The notes under the pieces were generated by a model. That model saw only the letters and a program-made list of their open reading frames with translations, was not told where the DNA came from and searched no databases. Shown here piece after piece: positions 48,601-57,007 of a DNA stretch of 64,000 bases (positions are counted from its first letter, which is position 1; every line of letters begins with the position of its first letter). Location of the stretch: positions 1,056,001-1,120,000 of the forward strand of contig CAVRAL010000001.1 in assembly GCA_963719085.1 (NCBI GenBank), read 5' to 3'. The translations under genes were made by a program, and so were the position numbers. This stretch comes from a candidate division FCPU426 bacterium. GTDB lineage: Bacteria > Oederibacteriota > Muellerivitia > Muellerivitales > Muellerivitaceae.

Positions 48601-51600
48601 GATGGACTGGGTGTAATAGTCCGTCACCGAATCGCTTCCGATTCCGTTTGAAAGGCCCGCCGCGCCGGAAGCGCCCGCCACGGTCACCGTCGAGGCGTTC
48701 ACGGCGGCCAATCCCGACACCGCCAAGGAAGCGGAGCCGCCATTACCAGCCGCGCCGGGCTCATCATCGGCCCCCCCGATCCCATTGGTGACATTGTCCC
48801 CGCTATAGCGGGTGCCGAAGAAATAGGTTTGTCCGCCCAAGCCCGCCAAACCGCCGGTCCCCGCCGCGCCGCCCGTGACATTCAAGTTGGAATTCCCACT
48901 CAAGGACAAACCGCCCAAAACCAGGCTGGCGTCACCGCCGTTGCCGCCGTCGCCCCCCTGATTACCGTTGCCGCCGTCGCCCGTCACGGAGGTTTCGTTG
49001 CCATAGTCATGGCCAAAACTGACACTTCCCCCCAACCCGGCGTTGCCGCCATCGCCGCCCGCGCCGCCGGCCACTGAAAAGTCCGCGCCGTCCGTCATGG
49101 CCAGTGAGCTTAAAGTGACGCCCGCGTCGCCGCCGTTTCCGCCGTTGCCCCCCATATTGCCGTCGCCGCCTTGGCTGGCGTAGCCATCCCCGGGATTTCC
49201 GCCGTAAGCCCCCCCGAACCAATCGGATCCGCCATTGCCCGCGCCGCCACCATGGCCGCCCAAGCCGCCGGCCACCGTGAAGGTGGAATCATCGATTGAC
49301 ACCGACGCCGCGGTCACCGAAACCGAACCGCCGTCGCCACCCGCGCCGCCGGTATTGTCATCCCCCCCAACGCCGCTGGTGAAGGGACTGCCGTCAAAGT
49401 GGTTGTTTTCCGTGATCGACCCGCCGCTTCCAGCCTCCCCGCCGATGCCGCCCGCGCCGCCGGAAACTTGAAGTTGCGCCTGGTCCACCAAAGTGACCGC
49501 GCCTAAACCAGCCGTCAACGAACCACCCTGGCCGCCCGCCCCACCGTTATTGCCGCTACCGGCGTTTCCGCCAAACACCTGGGAACTATTTCCACCGGTC
49601 GGAAACAAAGCGGTGCCGCCCAAACCAGCCGCGCCGCCATCGCCGGCCGAGCCGCCGGCCAAGGTCAAGGCGGAATCATCGAGCGAAAGAACGCCCGTCT
49701 TAACCGTCACCGCCCCGCCCATTCCGCCCATCCCGCCGGTGTTGTCGTTGCCGCCGTTTCCAGCCGTATATTGGGAAGTCTCCGTGAAATAAAAGCTCTC
49801 GACCAATCCGCCCGAACCCGCGGCACCGCCCGTCCCGCCGCTCCCCCCCGTCACATTCACGCCATAACCACTGGCAACCGTCAAGGAACCCAGGCTCACC
49901 CCCGCCGCGCCACCCTCACCGCCCGACAAACCCAATTGGGAGTCCAAGCCGCTCCCCGACGTCAAGGTCACGCCCGTGGCGTAAGCCGGGTAGGTATTAA
50001 CCATGGTCGAGGCGCCCGCGCCCACGGAGCCCGCCGCCGCGCCGGCCCCGCCGGTAACGCTCACTCCGGTTGAATCCACAGCCACCGTGCCCGCGACCGT
50101 CAAGGCCGCCGCGCCGCCATTACCGCCTGAGCCCCCGAAATTATCCGCGCCTCCCGCGCCGCCCGTCAGCGCGAAGGTGGAATTGTTCAAGGAACTGGTG
50201 ATGGCCAAACTATTAAAGGAAGCCGAGACGTCGCCTCCATTGCCGCCGCCCAAGCCATTGCCCGTTCCGCCCGCGCCGCCCACGCCATTGAAGGAACTGG
50301 AATCCACCGACACCGCCGCAGCCAAGAGGGTGGCGTCCCCGCCGTTACCGCCCGCGCCGCCGGAATTATTGGAACCGTTGGTTCCCAGAATCCCGTTATT
50401 GCTCGAAGGCGAACTCCCGCCAAAGCTGAACCCGCCGCCGGTTCCGGCCAAACCACCGGTACCGCCCGCTCCGCCCATGAGACTCAAGTTTGAGCTATTC
50501 GTGAGGATAAGATCGCCCAGCGAAGCCAAAAGGTTTCCAGCATCGCCGCCCCGGCCCCCGGTATTGCCGTTGCCGCCGTTGCCGGCTGTCACATTATTAT
50601 TATCGACCACATTCCCGTAAAAGCTGACCGAACCGCCCGTTCCCGCCGCGCCGCCGTCGCCGCCCGCGCCGCCGGCCAGGCTTAAATTCGCGCCATTGTC
50701 CAAGTCCGTCGGGCCCAGGGTCACGGCCAAGTCCCCGCCGTTACCACCCGCCCCGCCGCTATTGCCGTTGCCGCCATTGCCGGCCAAGGCGCCCACCTTA
50801 AAGGCCCCAAAATGATCGGCCGTGATCGACCCGCCAACACCCGCCCCGCCGCCCGCGCCGCCGGAGGCACCGGCCCAATTGAGGTTGGTGCCTTCCAAAG
50901 AAACCGCGCCCACCGCGGCTGTGGCCGCGCCGCCATCGCCGCCTAAGCCTCCCAGGTTATCGTCGCCGCCATTACCCGCCACCAGGGTGGTGCCTTGGTT
51001 AGGATAGTAAGGGTCCGAAACGCCGCTGCCGTTGCCGGCCCCACCGCCTAATCCGCCCGAACCCGCCCGGGTAAACAGGGTCCCCGAATTGACCAAGTTC
51101 AAACCGCCCAAGCTGACCGACGCGCTTCCACCCGCGCCGCCTTGGGCGCCTTGGTTATCGCTGAAACCATCCACGCCGGATAAGTTGCCCGAGGAGTCGC
51201 TCACTTGGGAAGACCCCAACGCCAAAGCGCCCGACCCCACGTCACCCGCCCCGCCTCCGGCGCCGCCCACCACGCTGACCGTCCCGGCGTCCACGGTCAT
51301 CACACCCGTCGCGGTCAATCCCGCCGAACCGCCCTGGCCGCCGAGGTTGGCCCGCGCGTTGCCGCCCGCGCCGGCCACAATATTGAGGGCGCTGGAACCC
51401 ACCGAGACCGCCCCCGAAACCGTTAAAGAAGCGTCCCCTCCATTGCCGCCCGCGCCGCCGGTATTACTCACGCCGGCCCCGCCGACCGTCACCGCGTTGT
51501 AATAGAAATTAATGCCGGAGGGTTGAAGCTGCTCCGTGTCGCCGCCCAGCCCCGCGCCGCCGCCGTCGCCGCCGTCGCCGCCAACCAGGTTGAAGGTGGA

Positions 51601-53559
51601 ATTGTCCGCCAAGGTTAAAGGACCCAGGGTCGCCGACGCGCTCCCACCGTTGCCGCCGGTTCCGCCCACGTTGTTGTCCCCGCCCTGGCCTCCCAGCATG
51701 TTGGTGTAGTAATAATAGTAGCCATAGCCAAAAGCCAAGTTTCCGCCATTCCCTGCCCCGCCGCCGGTGCCGCCCGTGCCCGCCGTTACGCCCAAAATGG
51801 AATTGTTAAGGGAAACCGCGCCGGCCGAAAGAGCGGCGTCACCACCCGTTCCCCCGTCGCCGCCCGTATTATCGCTGCCGCCCACCCCCCCGGTGAAAGC
51901 GCCGGGTTCCGAAGAAAGGGACAAACTAACGCCGCCGCCCAAGCCGGCCCCGCCGCCATTGCCTCCCGCGCCCGCCGCCACAACCCAGGTCGCGGCGTTG
52001 GTCAGGGCCAAGGAACCTAAGGTCGCTCCCGCCGAGCCGCCGTTGGCACCAGCCGTTCCCCTGTTGTGATCAAGACCCCCTCCAGCGGTGATCGTCACGT
52101 TGCTGGAAAAAAGATAATGTGAGGTTGAACCTGTCCCCGAATCGCCGCCGGCCGCGCCCGCGCCGCCGGTCACGCTGACCGAACTGTCATCCACCGAAAC
52201 CGCTCCGGTGACGGTTAAGGAACCGTTTCCGCCCTGACCCGACGCTCCGTTGGTGTCGCCGGTTCCATCGGCGCCCACAATGGCCGTATTTGAGAAATTC
52301 GCCAAACTAAAATCGCCGCCGGAGCTGGCCGATCCACCCAAACCCCCGGCGCCGCCGCCCACGGAAAACTGGGAACCGCCGGTCATCGTCAAAGAACCAA
52401 AACTCACACCCGCGTCGCCGCCCTGGCCGCCGTTTCCGCCTTGGTTGTCATTACCGCCATTGCCCGTCAAGGCCAAGTTCAAATAGGAATTATTCGTGTC
52501 GGTCACTTGCGCGAGCCCGCCCACGCCCGCGTCGCCGCCGTTTCCGCCCGCGCCCGCCGCCACTGACAAGGTCGAGGCATCCAGGGAAACCGCTCCCCCG
52601 ACCACCAGAGCGGCGTCACTTCCGTCAGCCGCGTTACCCCCGGTGTTGCCGCTGCCACCCGCGCCGGATATGAGCGTGGAACCTTGAGTGGTCCCATCGA
52701 TGATCACGCTCCCCCCCACGCCCGCCGAACCGCCGTCACCGCCCGCGTCGCCTTGCAATTGCAAACCCGAACCGCCCGTCAGCGTAAGCCCGCCCAAGGT
52801 GGCGCCCGCGGCCCCGCTCAACCCGCCGCTCAATCCTTGGTTGTTATCCGTTCCCGCAAGACCTGTCACCGCGCCGTTCATCAGACCCGTGGCTATCTCC
52901 GAGACCGGAACCGGCCCGGTCGGCTCCGCCGCTCCGCCTTGCCCGCCCTCCACGCTCACTTGGCTGGCGTCTTCCGACACCGCCCCGGACACCGTTAAAT
53001 TCGCCGAACCGCCGACGCCGGTTGAGATTCCAGGTCCGGCTGAAAGTCCAATGGTGGAACTGGAAACCTGGAGGGTGTTGGACGCCAGGGAAACCGAATT
53101 GCCGCTGTTATTCGCTCCCGCCAAAAACAGCGCGCCGTTGTTGTCCACGGTCAAGTCGCTTGAGCCCGCCAGCGAACCGTCGTTGATCTGGATGCCCGAG
53201 ATATCGGCGGAGACCGCGGCGAGGTTGAGGACCTGAAACGCGTTCGCGCCATTCACTTGAACGAGGGCGCCCGTATTTAAAATCGTGACGTTGGCGCTGA
53301 GCGTGGGAAGGTCGGCGGTCAGGGAAATGGTCTGGTTCGAGATGCCCGAGAGATCGATGGTGCCGCCATCCGCGTTGGCGTTGATTTGATTGATGGCGTC
53401 GCCCAAGGATCCGGCGCTGTTATCGCCATTGGCGTTGGAAACAACGATATCCAGCGGCGCCGCCGAGAGGAACGGCGGCGCGCTAAAAAAACCAAGGGCC
53501 AACAGGAAAACGGCGGAGGGAAAAAGAATTCGAGTAAGGGGGGTTGAGGTTTTTTTCAA
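42700..53559 (-). CDS. Giant glycine-rich repeat autotransporter (type Va), 3619 aa
   Basis: Signal peptide; long GGxGG repeat passenger; PATR (KLGSGALTLSGANSYSGDTTISGGTL); C-terminal beta-barrel ending GGVNLGF. Confidence 0.93.
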   Translation of the reverse strand: MKKTSTPLTRILFPSAVFLLALGFFSAPPFLSAAPLDIVVSNANGDNSAGSLGDAINQINANADGGTIDLSGISNQTISLTADLPTLSANVTILNTGALVQVNGANAFQVLNLAAVSADISGIQINDGSLAGSSDLTVDNNGALFLAGANNSGNSVSLASNTLQVSSSTIGLSAGPGISTGVGGSANLTVSGAVSEDASQVSVEGGQGGAAEPTGPVPVSEIATGLMNGAVTGLAGTDNNQGLSGGLSGAAGATLGGLTLTGGSGLQLQGDAGGDGGSAGVGGSVIIDGTTQGSTLISGAGGSGNTGGNAADGSDAALVVGGAVSLDASTLSVAAGAGGNGGDAGVGGLAQVTDTNNSYLNLALTGNGGNDNQGGNGGQGGDAGVSFGSLTMTGGSQFSVGGGAGGLGGSASSGGDFSLANFSNTAIVGADGTGDTNGASGQGGNGSLTVTGAVSVDDSSVSVTGGAGAAGGDSGTGSTSHYLFSSNVTITAGGGLDHNRGTAGANGGSAGATLGSLALTNAATWVVAAGAGGNGGGAGLGGGVSLSLSSEPGAFTGGVGGSDNTGGDGGTGGDAALSAGAVSLNNSILGVTAGTGGTGGGAGNGGNLAFGYGYYYYYTNMLGGQGGDNNVGGTGGNGGSASATLGPLTLADNSTFNLVGGDGGDGGGAGLGGDTEQLQPSGINFYYNAVTVGGAGVSNTGGAGGNGGDASLTVSGAVSVGSSALNIVAGAGGNARANLGGQGGSAGLTATGVMTVDAGTVSVVGGAGGGAGDVGSGALALGSSQVSDSSGNLSGVDGFSDNQGAQGGAGGSASVSLGGLNLVNSGTLFTRAGSGGLGGGAGNGSGVSDPYYPNQGTTLVAGNGGDDNLGGLGGDGGAATAAVGAVSLEGTNLNWAGASGGAGGGAGVGGSITADHFGAFKVGALAGNGGNGNSGGAGGNGGDLAVTLGPTDLDNGANLSLAGGAGGDGGAAGTGGSVSFYGNVVDNNNVTAGNGGNGNTGGRGGDAGNLLASLGDLILTNSSNLSLMGGAGGTGGLAGTGGGFSFGGSSPSSNNGILGTNGSNNSGGAGGNGGDATLLAAAVSVDSSSFNGVGGAGGTGNGLGGGNGGDVSASFNSLAITSSLNNSTFALTGGAGGADNFGGSGGNGGAAALTVAGTVAVDSTGVSVTGGAGAAAGSVGAGASTMVNTYPAYATGVTLTSGSGLDSQLGLSGGEGGAAGVSLGSLTVASGYGVNVTGGSGGTGGAAGSGGLVESFYFTETSQYTAGNGGNDNTGGMGGMGGAVTVKTGVLSLDDSALTLAGGSAGDGGAAGLGGTALFPTGGNSSQVFGGNAGSGNNGGAGGQGGSLTAGLGAVTLVDQAQLQVSGGAGGIGGEAGSGGSITENNHFDGSPFTSGVGGDDNTGGAGGDGGSVSVTAASVSIDDSTFTVAGGLGGHGGGAGNGGSDWFGGAYGGNPGDGYASQGGDGNMGGNGGNGGDAGVTLSSLAMTDGADFSVAGGAGGDGGNAGLGGSVSFGHDYGNETSVTGDGGNGNQGGDGGNGGDASLVLGGLSLSGNSNLNVTGGAAGTGGLAGLGGQTYFFGTRYSGDNVTNGIGGADDEPGAAGNGGSASLAVSGLAAVNASTVTVAGASGAAGLSNGIGSDSVTDYYTQSISLAAGNAQSGVTAGAGGNGGGAAATFGSLSLVNGSQMTVAAGAGGNGGFVGTGGAAYSLSSSYATTEVGGIGGDGDMGGAGGNGGSATVLAGAVSLDDSTLSISAGVGGNGGDAGDGGNAVLAGSDQGVAQTGNGGNSDVGGAGGNGGSAAVSFSSLALDDGSTLDITGGAGGQGGGAGLWGTAQFTGSTSYPSTVSGNFGNADTPGALGAGGSAALTVAGMVSIDSSHVTVSGAAGLSAPAQVGGAAILSQSELYMVNLTGNPGANGVTGAAGSNGGSASVSLGAASISNGSLVVAAGSGGSGAGVGMGGTLTSNPFSFYGSTYDDAATLRGGAGGSDDVGGAGGDGGNAQASAGAVSLDNSIFNVTAGLGGQGGAVGLGGNAISDAQNVDGSLVKGGTAGSDDVSGSGGVGGDAGAGLMALTLTDASQFNVLGGNGGKAGSSATPGSGQINGSNYMSGAAAGTAGTNDLLGVGGSGGEAALTVAGAVSVASGTVSVVGGGGQSGDAAAGVTEGSGGGASVSLGNLTVAGSNNPSFEILAGSGGSEGVSGIGGSGGSASLSDLGGVTVESTNLNVAAGSGGNSAFGQAGNGGSAWVSLGSNLIVDYSTNSASLNVNAGNGGSNTQGSALGGAGGSLGVTLAGELFDSGNINLIAGNGGSGTSSAGLTEGAGGDATLWTDSLVVSGNGHNISFNLKAGNGGADTGLGAAGDGGDVLFLAGAGVSVDSANANFTAGNGGNNNDAVGGSGGNATATIGQNFIVTSSQNISTFDLFGGGDGVGYALGDGTNGGARLTVSGSVSIDTSAVNVAGGSGNIFGGTVPADNGGDGVVSTTNLLLTSDLFGQYGFQTVLNISGGAGSDNHYLNTAGTGGQGALTVSGSVSMDSSAANIYGGSGGSTDNVTGGDGGGAFVTIGSNLTMTANNDGSNFTVAGGSAGADLTYYSPGVAGSGGAASLGVGGAVSVDSSGLYVDGGSGNSGGGVNSQVEGAGGNAFLSAGQLVITSNNYQATGLALGSQSIVGVYGGYGSYDNFNGDSGPGGDAAVSIHGPVSMDSSIFVAQGGDSYYGLGDTGATESNGGNAWVTLGSLVETSDPVTTSPALTSSFSVTGGAGAQDYNSDNAGNGGLAALATDGSVSIDSSHFYAAGGYGGSGSYLGGSGGDGFVSIGQNLYLTSAFNTSQFTVSGGQVGSGYYGDQLGVVSGSAALTVDGGVTVDSASLSVTGGLALDFYGAGGVAPSGGTAIASLGELILTSNAYGQAGQTIGSAAGMVVAGGAGSNNAGSGDGGDGGDAVLTVAGPVSIDAAGLTVSGGAGGYSTDSVGGQGGKASLDAGNMMLNHGASLLAEGGAGATGVSNGLGGNASVSLTSLDLADSDSSFAVEGGLDGSGSVTGTASLALGDLSGLGSVTVIGGTAEIQASSGNFGGLIAGNASFEKLGSGALTLSGANSYSGDTTISGGTLAAGNATALGSGDVVNNATLALNGPLTLSVGGDYTQSAGATLRLGLSNSSPVLVDVTGTASLDGALEIVSTTRGSRTFEILDSAGLGSTTFASVFDTLSSASVSVIYGTGAVTLAIVAPTFSDLALTPNQKAVAGVLDFLDDHSLDPGLLNILNSHPDSALPGIYNLLSPDGLTPIFKIGFSNSQMEAGLIGRQISNFWDGLGLEEGSRSAAWNTNGPRFAGNLPAGQEARMAQGLENAGPAWNVFVSGLGDFGTVTGDGNGAGYQFSTGGTMAGLQTRLGKDLMGGLMLGYTQSGSSQSTGTVNVTGGQLGVFAGFKQADLHLNGLVEAGIDNYGTERASLGGAANGSASGTQMTGQANLGFDWETDGLTISPSLSGQFTQVNVNGFIEKGSASPLTYAAQGEGYLSSDLGVQLSRVWTAGGVKFSPSLSAAWEHLYEGNDDSLTANLGSGNDFTVSGAATGTDAAILGVGLNAEFAKNLNVHVDYQNKLGMTHYAAQNFSGGVNLGF

Positions 53560-53649
53560 AAAGGAAACGCCCTCCGAAAATGGAACCGATAGAGAGTGTG
53601 GGAAGAGCGTTGAAAGACCGCCGTCAAGCGGCCCCCAAATTATGGAATG

Positions 53650-53701
53650 TGAAAAGCCAAAGAAAAGACGAATGAAAAGCAGTATAAAGACCGTGAAAAG
53701 C
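53650..53701. repeat. Phased TGAAAAGC direct repeats upstream of the autotransporter
   Basis: TGAAAAGC at 53650, 53673 and 53694; weaker copies at 53661 and 53683. Confidence 0.6.
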
Positions 53702-53817
53702 AGATCAAGAATTTAATGGGCAAATCCGGGTAAATTATTTCCCTCTTCCCCGAACCGAGGTACCTTTTTTTGTTGGAACTTTGTCCGGCGAAACTAATCC
53801 GCTCGACAAAAAATACC

Positions 53818-53852
53818 AAAAAAAAGGCCGGCGTGATAACCACGCCGGCCTT
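53818..53852 (-). terminator. Intrinsic terminator after rpoD
   Basis: AAGGCCGGCGTG-GTTAT-CACGCCGGCC-TTTTTTTT. Confidence 0.85.
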
Positions 53853-53873
53853 CAACCCCAATTTTAATTTTTC

Positions 53874-55688
53874 TTAATTCAAATATTCCTTCAACATGCG
53901 GCCCCGGGAAGGATGCCGTAATTTTCGAAGGGCCTTGGCCTCAATCTGCCGCACGCGCTCGCGGGTCACGTTGTACACGTTCCCCACTTCTTCCAAGGTG
54001 TGCGCGGAGCCGTCTTTCAAGCCAAAACGCAGGCGCAAAACCTCGGCCTCGCGCTCTTTGAGCGTCCCCAAAACCTTCGAGATATGCTCTTGAAGCAGCA
54101 CGAAAGCGGCCGCGTTATCCGGGCTGACGGCTTCCTTATCGGCGATAAAATCGCCCAAGTGGCTGTCGGCTTCCTCGCCGATGGGCGTTTCCAGCGAGAT
54201 GGGGTTCTGGGCGATCTTCAGGACGGCCCGCACCTTTTCCGCCGGCATATCCATGCGTTTGGCGATCTCGTCCGCCGTGGGCTCATGGCCCAATTCCTGC
54301 ACCAATTCGCGCGACGCCATCAAGGACTTATTGATGACTTCATGCATGTGCACCGGAATACGGATCGTGCGGCTCATATCCGCGATCGCGCGGGTAATGG
54401 CCTGGCGGATCCACCAGGTGGCGTAAGTGGAAAACTTATAGCCCCGGCGGTACTCAAACTTTTCCACTCCCCGCATCAACCCGATGTTCCCTTCCTGGAT
54501 CAAGTCCAGGAACGGCAGGCCGCGGTTGTTGTATTTTTTGGCGATCGAAATGACCAGCCGTAAATTGGCTTCCACCAATTCCATCCGGGCGTAATAAGCC
54601 TCGCGCTCGCCGGTGCGGATGGTTCGCATCATGACCTTGAGATGCTCCAGGTTGGTCAGGGCCTCTTTCTCGAGTTTCCGGATTCCCTTGCGCGACGCGT
54701 CCCACAAAAGGCAGGCCTGCAGAAGCGCCTCGCCTTTGAGGGCGCTGTGCTTCTCGATGCTTTTCAGGTTGGGATGTTCCGTGTCCTTGAGCAAGCCCGG
54801 AAGCTTGATGTAAAGCGCGGGAGGCAGCTGCATCTTCTTTTCCTGCGCGTGCATGATGTGTTCCTGCTCCTCGATGGACTCGCCGCGTTCCCGCAGGGCG
54901 GCCGTGAGGGCTTCCTTCACCTTCTTATGGAACTGGCAATCCTTGACCAGCCAGATGAGGTCAATGAGCTTGGCGTCCAATTGCTCCATCAGGGCTTTTT
55001 TGGCCTCGGGTTTCAGCGACTTCAGCGTCACCTTGTGCTGAAGGGCCTTAATTTGCTTTTCCTGGACCTTGAGCTTGGCGTGGTTTTTGCGCAGCTTAGC
55101 CAATATCTTTTTTTCCGGCGGGCCATTCGGCAGTTCGTCGTACTGGTCCAGGTTCATGGTTTCTTTGAGGGTCTTCTTTTTAGTGAGAATGTCGTTGAAA
55201 AGCTCGTGCAGTTGTTGGAATCCCAACAGCGACCCCAAGACCACTTTATCGGCCTTGAATTCACCGGCCTCGATGCGTTTGGCGATCGCGATTTCTTCCG
55301 CGCGGGTCAAAAGCGAGATCCGCCCCATTTGGTGCAGGTACATTTTAACGGGATCGCCGATACGGGTTTCGCTTCCGGCGACTTGGAGGGCCTTGTCGAA
55401 CTCATCGGCCTCGTCGTCCGAGTCCTCTTCCTTCACGATCTCCCCGGGAAGCAGGGCGACGGTTTCTTTTTGCTCGTCCGGAATCGCGGTGACCTTCTCC
55501 GCCCGCTCCACGATTTTGATGTCGTTCTCACCCAGCATGAACAAGATGTTGTCGATCTCCTCCGAGGAGACGACCTCGTGCGGCAGAATATCGTTCACTT
55601 GCTTATGGGTGATGTAACCTTTTTCTTTTCCCACGGCCAGAATAAGCTTGGCGTGGTCCGACTTGTTCTTGGGGGCTTGTGGCTTCAC
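53874..55688 (-). CDS. rpoD: RpoD-type sigma70 factor
   Basis: Region 1.1 [72 protein letters not shown]. Confidence 0.93.
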   Translation of the reverse strand: MKPQAPKNKSDHAKLILAVGKEKGYITHKQVNDILPHEVVSSEEIDNILFMLGENDIKIVERAEKVTAIPDEQKETVALLPGEIVKEEDSDDEADEFDKALQVAGSETRIGDPVKMYLHQMGRISLLTRAEEIAIAKRIEAGEFKADKVVLGSLLGFQQLHELFNDILTKKKTLKETMNLDQYDELPNGPPEKKILAKLRKNHAKLKVQEKQIKALQHKVTLKSLKPEAKKALMEQLDAKLIDLIWLVKDCQFHKKVKEALTAALRERGESIEEQEHIMHAQEKKMQLPPALYIKLPGLLKDTEHPNLKSIEKHSALKGEALLQACLLWDASRKGIRKLEKEALTNLEHLKVMMRTIRTGEREAYYARMELVEANLRLVISIAKKYNNRGLPFLDLIQEGNIGLMRGVEKFEYRRGYKFSTYATWWIRQAITRAIADMSRTIRIPVHMHEVINKSLMASRELVQELGHEPTADEIAKRMDMPAEKVRAVLKIAQNPISLETPIGEEADSHLGDFIADKEAVSPDNAAAFVLLQEHISKVLGTLKEREAEVLRLRFGLKDGSAHTLEEVGNVYNVTRERVRQIEAKALRKLRHPSRGRMLKEYLN

Positions 55689-56118
55689 TGAGTCTCCGCT
55701 TCTTGAAATCATCGTTGTTGAAACGATGGCCCGAAACGCCTGTTTACTTAAAAACCACGGCGCGGGGGGTATCTATTGTACCCCATCCATCGGCCTTTCG
55801 GGGATTCGTCTGAATGAAAAGTTCGCCTCGGCGGGGCCCTTGTCGCCTAGTTCATTATTGACCATAGGCCATGCTTAAAGCATGTGGGACCCGCCCCGGG
55901 TCAAACCCAAATATCGGTAGGAAGAGCCTGATTTTCGAGGGGTTTGCGCAAATTAAAGGCGGAAAAAGCACGCCGGCGAGAGCTTTTTCCTTCAGGTTTT
56001 TCGCCGCCCCGGGGGCCTTCGCGAGCCATTAGTTTTAGCAAAAGGGCGGGCGTTTCTTTATTTTACGCGGAGGGCCCGAGTTGAAAATACGCCTAAACCG
56101 GCGCCTGGGTTCCCGCGC

Positions 56119-56709
56119 TTATTTTTGAGTGGGCTCGGCGGGTTGATAGCAATGACCGACAACACCCGACTCAAAAGCCCTGGACTTTAAAAGTTTAAGG
56201 GGGATTCTTTTTTCAATGCCTTCAAACAGGGCCTTCCCGCGGCCCAAAGCCACCGGATGAACATTGATCCAGTACTCGTCGATCAGGCCCATCTGCATCA
56301 AAACCTGGGGAAATTTCGCCCCGCCCCACATCATCAAATGTTTCCCGGGTTGTTGTTTTAAGATCGCGATTTCCATTCCCGCGTCCCCCCGCACCAGGCG
56401 CGCGTTTTCCCACTCCAGGTTTTCCAACGTTTTTGAAAAAACAATTTTCGGGGTCTTGTCGAGCCAGCGGGAAAATGCCTTGTCGGATTCCGAGCTTTCA
56501 CGGTTATGGGCGACCGCCGGCCAATAGTTTTTGAACTCTTGGTAGATCACCCGGGACATTAAAACCGTGTCCACCTGATCCAGGATGTCCTGGATGTGCC
56601 GCCAATTTTCCTTGGTGCGCGCGTGAGGGAAGGCCCAATCCATCTCGCCATTGGGCCCGGCGATGAAACCGTCCAGGGAGGTCTCGACTTTAAAAATAAC
56701 TTTTCGCAT
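56119..56709 (-). CDS. Dihydrofolate reductase-like (RibD C-terminal domain) protein
   Basis: SLDGFIAGP, PKIVFSKTL, GLIDEY.I.VHPV.LG.GK.LF. Confidence 0.9.
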   Translation of the reverse strand: MRKVIFKVETSLDGFIAGPNGEMDWAFPHARTKENWRHIQDILDQVDTVLMSRVIYQEFKNYWPAVAHNRESSESDKAFSRWLDKTPKIVFSKTLENLEWENARLVRGDAGMEIAILKQQPGKHLMMWGGAKFPQVLMQMGLIDEYWINVHPVALGRGKALFEGIEKRIPLKLLKSRAFESGVVGHCYQPAEPTQK

Positions 56710-56810
56710 CTCACGGCCCTTGCCGCCCTTGAACCCCTCGTACTTTTCCCGGATCATCCGGCCGACATCCATCAGTGTTTTCATGGGCCCACTATCCCCA
56801 TTCCGAGGGC

Positions 56811-56955
56811 GAACCACAATAGCCCGCGAAAATTAATCAAAATATTTCAAGCGATCACTTTGATACAAAATTTATCATTCCGAGAATTCTCAAGCGCCGA
56901 TCAAAGTGATGGAAATTAAATATTTTCAAAGCGGGGCCTCCCATCCTTGTGGTTC
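56811..56955. repeat. 145-bp imperfect inverted repeat
   Basis: Co-axial arms GAACCACAA/TTGTGGTTC, AAAATATTT/AAATATTTT and ATCACTTTGAT/ATCAAAGTGAT. Confidence 0.7.
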
Positions 56956-57007
56956 AACGCCGGATCAGCCATAGTCATTCCAGCGAAAAAGAATCAAGGA
57001 GACGAAA

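Noticed and set aside
42700..53559. Mycobacterial PE-PGRS protein
   Set aside because: GGxGGxGG runs are similar, but there is no PE domain, and a Sec signal, PATR and autotransporter barrel are present.
42595..53716. Many plus-strand Pro/Ala-rich ORFs (PPLPP repeats)
   Set aside because: Antisense shadows of Gly codons in the autotransporter.
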